A stretch of 64,000 bases of DNA, taken from the NCBI GenBank assembly GCA_002269645.1, contig NIVC01003635.1, forward strand, positions 1 to 64,000, read 5' to 3'. A model generated the notes under the pieces. The model was given only the letters and a program-made list of their open reading frames with translations. It made no database searches and was not told where the DNA came from. The stretch is from Macrostomum lignano (taxonomy: Eukaryota). Every line of letters starts with the position of its first letter. The first letter of the stretch is position 1. This document shows positions 35,750 to 47,000 of this stretch, piece by piece. The translations under genes were made by a program, and so were the position numbers.

Positions 35750-36529
35750 AATTTAAAAAACCTTACTACAGAAGGTAATAAAGTATTTTATAATACCTAA
35801 TGACTGAAGAAGAGAATGCTGTCTGTTTGCGCAGGAAATTTTAACTTCGATCATTAATATAAAAATATTTTTATTCAGTAGCTTTTCGTTTTAGTTTGAG
35901 GACGTATAATCAATGTGTTAAAAATAAGTATAAAAAACAAAAACATTGTCAAAGCGAAAATTGACCTGTTGATGAGGACGCACTTTTTCCCAAATCCCGC
36001 GCTAGCACATGGGCTCTAAACTTACTTGCCTACTAACAGTGGGCAAAGGGCATTTTTATCCCTTTTCTGCGAATTTCATAGAATCTATACTAGATATAAT
36101 GTCTGGCCATACTAGTAGTCATAATAACATAGGCGCAGCTTTTTGGGTCATAAATCATCGCTTTCAAAGTTGGTCTGACAGCCACCTGCGCCTCACTCAG
36201 TGTTGAAGCGGGCGCCAGATGGTCTGAGAGGATGCGGGCGGTAGCTTTTTTCTCATCATTTTGACAGGCCATCAAGATTTATGAGGTCAGAGCCTATTGT
36301 TCGTGTTCACTCAAGCGTGTGACAGCTTTGACAGCTATGCGTTTTACCCCTAAAAGTACCTTGGGATTAGCGATTAGCAATTTCTCTTCATTATCTTCAC
36401 TTTCTATTTAATAAGAGCTTTCTAATGTATATTTTTTCATTAATTTCTGTCAATCCTACGCGAAAGGTCATAAATCATTTTGTTGCGATTTTGAGTGATT
36501 TATGGCCGCACCTGTCATCTTTTTACGAC

Positions 36530-37640
36530 CCTGTAGGAACTGATAGGATCTCTCGGTCACGTGATTCTGGGTAGCAACAAGCTTAGCCAATCAGAAAATT
36601 CGGCGCTCATTTTAACAAAGCGGCTCAGCCAATCAGAATCGACGTGTTCCATTATAACAAACTGCGGTCCAGTTGGCGGCTATTTAAACCGGAGTTTTTG
36701 GCCCGCTCGGACTCAACTTTGGCTCGGGCCCAGCGCGCAACTTCTGGTTCCCAGAGCACGACCGTCGTTTCTTGATCCCCGGATTGCGACTTCCCCCATC
36801 ATCATCAAGGACGAGTCCCCCGGTCGACAGCAGCGAACATCCAGTTAAGAGCATCACCTGCTAGCTAACAGCGAAGATTGTGACAGCATCATTCCGAGTC
36901 TACAGCTGCAGAGCATCGAGCCGATTCGGTCACTGTGGATTACCTGGTCTCCGGCTGTTGAGTTTCTGATTGGTTGGGTGAGAGGCTACCTGGACTTGCT
37001 TGATTGGGTGATCCCTTATCTGTCCCCTGTTTCAGTAGCTGGATTAGGCGCACACTTTTGCTCTTTTGTTCAGTAGTGCTGTTGCTGAGGCAGGAATCAT
37101 TCAATAATACTGCTAGTAGTCTAAGACTCCAATTCAGTCTAAAGTGTGAAGTGAACTAAGGAGAAGGTTAAATCTAACAGTTATTTTTATCGGTTTTATT
37201 TCTTTGTTCGCCGATGGCTCAGATGAGTAGCTAAGCTAGTAGGCGCCGGTCACAGTGGACCAATGGCAAGGCAGTTCTCAGTCGACCAATCTATCAAATC
37301 AGTGAGCAAAACTGCCAGAAGTGCAGAATCGGCGCCAGAGATGTACTTTGTGCACTCTAGGGTAGCCAAGCGGCTCGGGTAAATGAATCATGCGGTCTCT
37401 GAAGTTCGAGTTAGTCTATCATCAGCGCTATGAGAGGCTAGCTGGCGCGTTGAAGGCTAAAAGTACATATCTTCGTATTTAGCAATGTAATAGTACATGT
37501 AGCTACCCCATAGACTCGCCACCGCAAGAATCCCCTGCACAAGTCCCCTCTGTACCTGCATGGCCAACGCGATCTAGTCCCAGCAGTGTCCCTTATCATC
37601 GGCTATGACTTCGAGATTGACAGCAAAAAGACACTAGTTG
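36530..37640 (+). mobile_element. LTR-like promoter segment followed by a possible aspartic-protease relic
   Basis: CACGTG at 36558, AGCCAATCAG at 36585 and 36627, TATTTAAA at 36681. Downstream fragments ESAPEMYFVHSRVAKRLG* and VPLIIGYDF weakly resemble a retroviral protease. No LTR pair or TSD found. Confidence 0.35.
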
Positions 37641-38218
37641 GCAGGTAAGTGCAAAGCCCCTTCTAGTCGGAAGCCCGATTTCGAGAGTCCCGGTGTGGTG
37701 AGCCAGGGCGCACGGGCTGGTGGCAGCAAGTTAGTTGATCTGCGGATTAGCTAATTTCTACTTTCAAAATTCTCCCTGCTCGTCTCTCGCTGTCCCTCTC
37801 TTAGCTATAGGACCTAGACTGCTCGCCACACGATCAAGCTACCATGGGGCTGACCATCTGACAGGAGTGGGGGGCCAGGTCTCTAATTGATTTATTTCTG
37901 AGCCTGAGGCCCGAAGGCTTCCCTAACAAGGAGCCCGAAGGTCGAAACCCATCACTGTTAGAAATATATATTTTCCAATCTATAACATTGTTAAACAAAT
38001 TTACCAATCTAATAATTGATAAGCACAAATTTTAATTAGCATCATAAATAATAAAAAACTACCAACTACAAAAATTAACAGCCACATTTCTAGAGGGCGT
38101 CTCTATAGAGTTTTTAATCTCTGTAAGTCGCATTATCTTCTGAATAAACAAATTTAATTGTTATTATGGAATAAATATAGGCAACGATTTTCACCTTCGA
38201 GTTTTTAGTTATCAAAAA

Positions 38219-38704
38219 TCACTTGCATAGGCAGCAGTACAGTAAAATAAGGCAGGCCACAAGGACCAAAAAGCCACCGCCACCTCCGGCGACTCCAATA
38301 ATGATACTCATGCTTCCGGTAGAACTTTGAGGGCCAACGGTGCTTCTGGCATAACCATAACCGTAATTGCCGCTAGCATTGCGACTGTCCAGCTTCTTGA
38401 GCGGCCTTACAACCAGGCGACCTGCCGCAGTTGGCTTGGCTGGAACCTCAGCTGCCGCAGTTGGCTTGGCTGGAACTTCAGCTGCCGCAGTTGGCTTGGC
38501 TGGAACCTCAGCTGCCGCAGTTAGCTTGGCTGGAACCTCAGCTGCCGCAGTTGGCTTGGCTGGAACTTCAGCTGCCGCAGTTGGCTTGGCTGGAACCTCA
38601 GCTGCCGCAGTTGGCTTGGCTGGAACCTCAGCTGCCAGAAGCAGTTGAAGCAACAGCATTAGGCCGATTGGCAACCAACGATTGCGATGCTGTCTAGCGA
38701 CCAT
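38219..38704 (-). CDS. Paralog 3 of the repeat-stalk membrane protein: 7 repeats (~161 aa)
   Basis: ATG at 38704, MVARQHRNRWLPIGLMLLLQLLLA signal. AAAEVPAKPT x7, a diverged juxtamembrane segment, then MSIIIGVAGGGGGFLVLVACLILLYCCLCK*. Same TATA block upstream. Confidence 0.7.
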   Translation of the reverse strand: MVARQHRNRWLPIGLMLLLQLLLAAEVPAKPTAAAEVPAKPTAAAEVPAKPTAAAEVPAKLTAAAEVPAKPTAAAEVPAKPTAAAEVPAKPTAAGRLVVRPLKKLDSRNASGNYGYGYARSTVGPQSSTGSMSIIIGVAGGGGGFLVLVACLILLYCCLCK

Positions 38705-39165
38705 CTTCAAGGAATTCCCTAGTCTAGCTATAGCTGGTTACAACAATAGCAAGCAACAGAAGGTTCGGCTGACGCTTTCCAAGCGGTTTTATTAAAATTC
38801 ATAAAACATTTCGTTTGAAGCATCGACTTATATAGAAATTTAGCAACAAGGACGTTTTGAGAAGAATTTTTTAACCACTCTTGTCTCTTGCCTCCATCAG
38901 CAAGCCAACAACAGAATATTGTACGGTCAATTGTACAATTGTACTGTCAGGGAAGATTTTCGTGCAAAGCAAACAGAAATGCTTTGCAACCAAGTACATA
39001 CTTTGCTACTTCTTTTCAGTAGTGAGCTCGAGACATTATATTCATACTAGTTTCACAAAATTGGAAAATCCTAACATGTTTCAAGACTAGTACAGAAATG
39101 TTGAGGCTGAACAATGGCTGATCTCATTCAGTCTCAGTCTCTCAATCTCAATTACTGACTTCAGG

Positions 39166-40655
39166 GCATCCTTAGCAACCCAGCACTGCAGGACATCCTT
39201 AGCAACACAGCACTGCAGGACATCCTTAGCAACCCAGCACTGCAGGACATCCTTAGCAACACAGCACTACAGGACATCCTTAGCAACCATGAACTTCAGG
39301 ACACCCTTAGCAATACAGCACTGCAGGACATCCTTGGCAACCATGAACTTCAGGACACCCTTAGCAACACAGCAGGACATCCTTAGCAACACAGCGCTGC
39401 AGGACATCCTTAGCAACACAGCACTGCAGGACATCCTTAGCAATCCAGCACTGCAGGTCATCCTTAGCAACCCAGCACTGCAGGACATCCTTAGCAACCC
39501 AGCACTGCAGGACATCCTTAGCAACCATGAACTTCAGGACACCCTTAGCAACACAGCACTGCAGGACATCCTTAGCAACACAGCACAGCAGGATATCCTT
39601 AGCAACCCAGCATAGCAGGACATCCTTAGCAACACAGCATTGCAGGAAATCCTTAGCAGCACAGCGCTGCAGGACATCCTTAGCAACCCAGCACTGCAGG
39701 ACATCCTTAGCAACCATGAACTTCAGGACACCCTTAGCAACACAGCAGGACATCCTTAGCAACACAGCACTGCAGGACATCCTTAGCAACACAGCACTGC
39801 AGGACATCCTTAGCAGCACAGCACTGCAGGACATCCTTAGCAATCCAGCACTGCAGGTCATCCTTAGCAACCCAGCACTGCAGGACATCCTTAGCAACAC
39901 AGCGCTGCAGGACATCCTTAGCAACACAGCACTGCAGGACATCCGTAGCAACACAGCACTGCAGGACATCCTTAGCAACACAGCACAGCAGGACATCCTT
40001 AGCAACCCAGCACAGCAGGACATCCTTAGCAACACAGCATTGCAGGAAATCCTTAGCAGCACAGCGCTGCAGGACATCCTTAGCAACCCAGCACTGCAGG
40101 ACATCCTTAGCAACACAGCACTGCAGGTCATCCTTAGCAACCCAGCACTGCAGGACATCCTTAGCAAAGCAGGACATCCTTAGCAACACAGCACTGCAGG
40201 ACATCCTTAGCAACCATGAACTTCAGGACACCCTTAGCAACACAGCAGGACATCCTTAGCAACACAGCACTGCAGGACATCCTTAGCAACCCAGCGCTGC
40301 AGGACATTCTTAGCAACACAGCATTGCAGGACATCCTTCCTTAGCAACGCAGCACTGCAGGACATCCTTAGCAACCCAGCACTGCAGGACATCCTTCCTT
40401 AGCAACCCAGCACTGCAGGACATCCTTAGCAACCCAGCACTGCAGGACATCCGTAGCAACACAGCACTGCAGGACATCCTTAGCAACACAGCACTGCAGG
40501 ACATCCGTAGCAACACAGCACTGCAGGACATCCTTAGCAACACAGCACAGCAGGACATCCTTAGCAACCCAGCACAGCAGGACATCCTTAGCAACACAGC
40601 GCTGCAGGACATCCTTAGCAACACAGCACTGCAGGACATCCTTAGCAACACAGCA
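39166..40655. repeat. 27-bp minisatellite, ~55 copies
   Basis: Unit GCACTGCAGGACATCCTTAGCAACACA and variants. Confidence 0.96.
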
Positions 40656-41782
40656 TTTGCTACTGGCAGATCCTTAGAGACTTTTAACACGATGTAATAA
40701 AATTATTTTTGCAACACAAAACAAAATATGTGTCGAATGCCTGAATATCCTCTAGCTGAACCCGAAGGCAGAATGTCTACTTTATACAAAGCAAATAATT
40801 AAACAACTAACCAATAGTTTCAATTTGCTTACAAACCATTTTTGAGATAGAAAAAATCACTGTGCAGTAAATGTACAGCAACACTGATATATAATGATAG
40901 AAGTAGTATAACACGCACGTATATTTATAATTTGTTTATTTACATAGACAAGGATAAGTGGACGCCTCTCTAACGCAATTATGCACGCACAGAAACATTT
41001 AGCGAGAGTAAAAAAAGTTATGACAACACAAAAGTACAAACAGAGTTAGCTAGAATATTTAGTTAGCAGATTAAAGCAGAGTTTGACAAGCTAAACATTA
41101 TGATATAAAAAAGCTCAAATTGTTGTTCAAAGAATTCAGAAAACAATGCGGATTAAACCGAGAGAGCTCTAATAAATAGATTTACATTATTCCCACTAAG
41201 TAAGAAAGTTCATTATTATATATTCCCTTCATAAAAAAAGTGAGCAGAGCACTGCTCAGACGAGGAAACGACAACCAGCTGCCTCAGCCGCAATAATACT
41301 CTCGATTTATTTTAGGTCACAACTTTTTTGTGGAATGAAATTTCCCGACGAGATGACACAAAATATATAGTTAGATTTGCTTTAACACGACGCACACAGA
41401 TATACACAGACTATTGGCAAATTGAATTTTAATTAAATTTTATTCATATTTTATAACAGAATAAAATTGTACTCTACAAAAGCAGCATTGAGGCTTTGCA
41501 GATGAGGAACAAAGACAACTGTTAGCGAATGACAGAACCTGCAGTGTTACAAAATAGTATGCACAGTTAAGTGAGGCGACATGATAATCAAAATGCTCAT
41601 ACTCTATCTTAATGAATAATAAATATTTCAACCTTATTTAGACTGACCAACAAGCCCGATTGGTTGACTTCTTAACTGGGATAGATATGCATAATTATAC
41701 TTAGATTTATAAAAAACGTTTGGATTTGGTTTTGAGGTCTAAACTCGACTCGGTTTGTGTACACTTTGTAGCTGATAGATAA

Positions 41783-41811
41783 CAGACAGACAGGCAAACA
41801 GACAGACAGAC

Positions 41812-41862
<51 letters not shown>

Positions 41863-41911
41863 CAGACAGACAGACGGACAGACAGACAGACAGGCAGGCA
41901 GACAGGCAGGC

Positions 41912-41996
<85 letters not shown>

Positions 41997-42095
41997 CAGA
42001 CAAACGGACAGACAGACAGACAGACAGACAGACCGACAGACAGACACACAGACAGACAGACGGACAGACAGACAGACACAGACAGAAAGACAGAC

Positions 42096-42136
<41 letters not shown>

Positions 42137-42147
42137 GACAGATAGAC
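41783..42147. repeat. (GACA)n microsatellite 3' of RAD54L2
   Basis: Imperfect AGAC run ending ~145 nt past the stop codon. Confidence 0.96.
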
Positions 42148-42291
42148 AACAGAATAAAAATTTACATAGCACATTAAAATACACGACAAACAAGCAACAC
42201 TGATTTGAATTAAACAAAACTCTAAAAATAACCTTAAGTCTCTACTGTCGGTAGGTCTCATTAGCACAGCAAAGTTAGTAGTATTGTGTTT

Positions 42292-44040
42292 TCAAATCGG
42301 TTTTCCAAAAGTGGAACCGAATGATGGCAGGCCGGAGTCGCCGCCGCCGATGCCCCAGTCGGCGTCAAGCGCCGACAAAGACTCCAAGATGTCGTCTGGC
42401 AGGTCCTGCTGATCAACGCCTGCTGACTGTTGCTGCTGATTGGATGAGAACTGATCGGCAGCTACGGCTGGTTGATAGTAGCCAGGCTGCATCTGAGGCT
42501 GATGGTTAATCTGAGCACCGCTTTGAGCACTCGGATAGGCTGTTGAATAATCAGCCGAGGATTGATGCTGGACATATTGCGGCTGATGAGGCGGAGGCTG
42601 CGACTGCCAGTTCATTTGCTGATGATGCTGCTGCTGATGCTGTTGCCACGGTTCCGGTTGAAACTGATGCATTGGCATCGGCTGCTGCTGATGGTAGGTT
42701 TGCTGATTGTAAGCTGGCTGATGAGGATGCTGATGATGCTGATGAGGCTGATGAGGCATCATTGGCGATGGCATTGGCGACATAAAAGACTGCTGCTGCT
42801 GCTGAGGTGTTTGGGTGCTCGGCATAGGCTGCATTGAGTAGCTTTGCTGCTGCTGCTGCTGCTGCTGCTGGGGATAAGGCTGATGTTGATGAAGCTGAAG
42901 CTGCTGATGCTGCTGAACAAACTGATGCTGAGGCGTCGGATGCTGCGCCACCAGCTGTGTTTGAGCGGGAGACCCGACAGTTGCTGGCGCCGGTGCCGCT
43001 GGCGAGACTGGTTGCTTTTTCTTGTGCGACTTTTTCTTAGCAGCAGCCCCTGCTGCCGCGGCTCCGGCGGCTGATTTTGAATTTCTTCGCTGCTGCTGCT
43101 GCGGCTGAGGCGTTGAAGGCGACGGCGCCGCCGACGGCTTGCCAGCTGTTGACGATGACGAGGACCAGCGGCCGTTGCCGCTGCTGCTGAGTGCCTGGAT
43201 TAGACAGAGGGTGGTTACACTGTAGTATGGCCTTGGATGGGACTCTTGGCTTTGGAATTCCCATGGAAAAACCGTCACTGTACTCAGTCCAATGCGCAAT
43301 GCCATTTCTGGCAAAAAAATTTTTCGGATAATCAGTAACGATATCTGTTAAAGGGATTCTAAAATCCAAGACGGAGGGAGGGTTCAAGAGGGAGCAATAG
43401 ATGCAATGGAATCGAAGGGAATGCCAAAAACGGGGTTTACAAAAATTCACTGGCGCATTTCCACTGCCAGGATCAACTGCCAAACCTAACTCTAACCCTA
43501 ACTATAAAATCTAACCTAACCCTATCCTTAACCTAAATCTAATATAACCTTAACCTAACCTTAAACTAAATCTAACCTTAACCTAAACCTAACCTTAAAC
43601 TAAATCTAACCTTAACCTAAACCTAACTTAACCCTAACCTAAACCCTATCATAAAGATTTAATTCCTAATCTAAATCGACGTCAGTCAATTTTCGTTCTT
43701 TCTCCACAAAGCTATAGTTAAATGGAATCCAAACGGATTGGGAATCCAGAGGAAATTAAACTGAATCCAAAGGGAATTCTGAAAAATGCACATCGTACTT
43801 AAAGAACAATTCCTAATACTCACCTGAGTCAAACGACTCTCAGCCTCTGGCGAGCCCATTTCGGAAATACTGCGCACAAAATTGTCAATAAAATTATCAA
43901 CAGAATCGCCGGAATTTGTTACTACCGAGGAAGGAGTAGCCGCTGTTGGAACTTGCTGAGCAGTTGCAGACAATTGAGAAGATAAGAACGTTTGAGACGG
44001 CTGAATAGGTTGAGGCTGCTGCTGCTGTTGTTGATGTTGC

Positions 44041-44077
<37 letters not shown>

Positions 44078-47000
44078 GCAGCTGTTGCTGTTGTTGCAGC
44101 TGTTGTTGTTGCAGCTGTTGCTGTTGTTGTTGCTGTTGCTGCTGCTGTTGTTGTTGTTGTTGCAGCTGCTGTTGCAGTTGTTGCTGTTTCTGCTGCTGTT
44201 GTTGTTGTGGCTGTTGCTGCTGCTGCACCGGCCGCATTGTAACACCCAACGTCGACGGCCTATTACGGCCAGCAGCTGCGGCCATCTTCGCCGCGAACTC
44301 TTCCACCCTAGCGTTAGTAGCCGCAATGGCTTGAATATCGGAGGTGGATAATTGACGGGCTGGCAAACCGGCCCCAGTTGATGCTGTTGTCGATGTTGTT
44401 GCTGTTAAAGCAGCAGCAGAAGACTGCGACAGTTGCCTAGCTGGCAGCATCTGAGCGGAAGAATTGGCTCGCATCCCAGCCTGAGTAGTGATAGCCGGAT
44501 TAACAGATTGAGCATCGGCAACAGTTGACGCAACGGCAGTGACGGCGGAATTTGTCGTGGCAGTAATACTACTACTATTAGTACTAGTAGTAGCAGTAGC
44601 AGAAGATTTCGGTCTAACAGCGTACATTTTGCCATTAGGCAATTGCATATAGGAAGCTGTACGACTTTTCAGCATAGTAACCGGGGTGCCTGCCGGAATG
44701 CGGGATTGAATAGGCTTGCCATCCATAGTGTTCACGCCAGGCGGCGGCTTGCTGCACACAGTGATATCAGTGGTGACTACAATGTGCTCAATATTGAAGC
44801 CCTGCTGTTGCATAGAACGAAGAAAGGCGGCGCGTTTCTCGTATTGCATCTGCTGCTGCTGCTGCTGTTGTTGTTGAGCAGAGCTGAGCAACCGGTGCTG
44901 ATGGAACTGCTGCTGACCCGGAGGTCCGCTGTTAATGAACCGACTCAGGTAGCTGCCACTGCCTCCGCTGCCATAGAAACCGGATTTAGTGAGCCCAGAG
45001 CTAGGAAAAGCTCTGGTGTCGATAATTGGGCCGTTGGTTGAGCCGCCGCTGGGCACATAGTGAGTAGAATAAGACTCTCGATAGGTCTGCCTACTAGACA
45101 GACCGCAGTGCATCTTGTCGCGTTCGTAAAATTCTCTGGCTTTACGCTTCTCGGCCCGGGTTAACTTAGCCTCCTGACGATCCAACAGCAGAGACTCGTG
45201 GGTGAAGGGCGCGTTAGTGAGCACCGCGCGGATACCGGATGTAGAGGAAGCTTCTTGAACGGCGGCGACTCCTGCGGCTTGGTCATCCTCGGCATCAGCG
45301 GAGCCGAGTAAAATTCGTTCGAGCATAAAGTCTGGCGACTCTTTGATAGCAGCCTGGAGAATATAGAGTTTGCATGTGGGTACATTAGCAAGCTGAAGGC
45401 ATTGAGTCTGAAATTGTATCGGTGACCCACTAAAGGACCCACACGGATAAATCAGTGACCCACTAAAGACACCACAGGGATAAATCAGTGACCCACTAAA
45501 GACACCACACGGATAAATCAGTGACCCACTATAGACACCACAGGGATAAATCAGTGACCCACTAAAGACACCACAGGGATAAATCAGTGACCCACTAAAG
45601 ACACCACAGGGATAAATCAGTGACCCACTAAAGACACCACAGGGATAAATCAGTGACCCACTAAAGACACCACACGGATAAATCAGTGACCCACTAAAGG
45701 ACCCACAGGGATAAATCAGTGACCCACTAAAGGACCCACAGGGATAAATCAGTGACCCACTAAAGGACCCACAGGGATAAATCAGTGACCCACTAAAGGA
45801 CCCACAGGGATAAATCAGTGACCCACTAAAGACACCACAGGGATAAATCAGTGACCCACTAAAGACACCACAGGGATAAATCAGTGACCCACTAAAGACA
45901 CCACACGGATAAATCAGTGACCCACTAAAGGACCCACAGGGATAAATCAGTGACCCACTAAAGGACCCACAGGGATAAATCAGTGACCCACTAAAGACAC
46001 CACAGGGATAAATCAGTGACCCACTAAAGACACGACACGGATAAATCAGTGACCCACTAAAGACACCACAGGGATAAATCAGTGACCCACTAAAGACACG
46101 ACACGAATAAATCAGTGGCCCACATGGATAAATCAGTGACCCACACGGATAAATCAGTGACCCACACGGATAAATCAGTGACCCACACGGATAAATCAGT
46201 GACCCACACGGATAAATCAGTGACCCACTAAAGACACGACACGAATAAATCAGTGGCCCACATGGATAAATCAGTGACCCACACGGATAAATCAGTGACC
46301 CACACGGATAAATCAGTGACACACACTAAAGACACCACAGGGATAAATCAGTGACCCACTAAAGACACCACAGGGATAATCAGGGACCCACTAAAGACAC
46401 CACCGAGATCCATCAGTAACCCAGTGAAGAACTCAGAGGAAAAGTCACAAAAAATACATGAAAAGAACATTACCTGAACAGCTTCTTGAGTTGGCGGCTT
46501 TAACTCAGCATCGCTAGGCCGATAGTCCATCAGCAGCATGACCTGTTGCCGGGTGAACTGACAATTCGGATTCATCTCGTCAACAATTCGATCAGCAACG
46601 CTCTGCTTGGATACTTGCCGATCGTAAATCTTTCTTTCCATAGTGTTGTCAGTGATTAGCCGGTAGATATAGCACGGCTTAACCTGGCCGTATCTATACA
46701 CTCGGCACACGGCCTGACAATCGTGACAAGGATTCCAAGAAGCGTCCATGACAACTACGCGATTAGCGCCAATCAGATTGATGCCCAAACAGCCGGCCCT
46801 GGTGCTGAGCAGGAAGAGTTTGGCTGAGCTGTCCGCTGAATTAAACGAATTAATCATCTTCTCGCGATCGCTGGCGGCTGTAGAACCGTCCAACCGAAAA
46901 TAGGACACACCTTTGCACCATTTGATACCATCCTGCGATTCTGGATCTACTGGCCAGGTGCGCAAGAACTGCTCCAATAAGTCTAGAGTGAACAGCGACT

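Noticed and set aside
37905-37950. GCCCGAAGG motifs (also ~40760) as ribozyme or Helitron end
   Set aside because: No hammerhead core (CTGANGA..GAAA with stems) or CTRR terminus could be assembled.
39267-40690. NTALQDILS / LLRMSCSA repeat ORFs
   Set aside because: 27-bp minisatellite with no start context, signal or unique domain; the homologous site in unit 2 is a single seed.
43485-43650. Interstitial telomere or chromosome fusion point
   Set aside because: Units are degenerate CCTAA variants, short, intronic, and seen in small form elsewhere (12124, 18893, 31720).
43686-46322. 878-aa ORF starting MSLIYPCG...
   Set aside because: The first ~300 codons are the 33-bp intron array; only 45353-43824 is exon.
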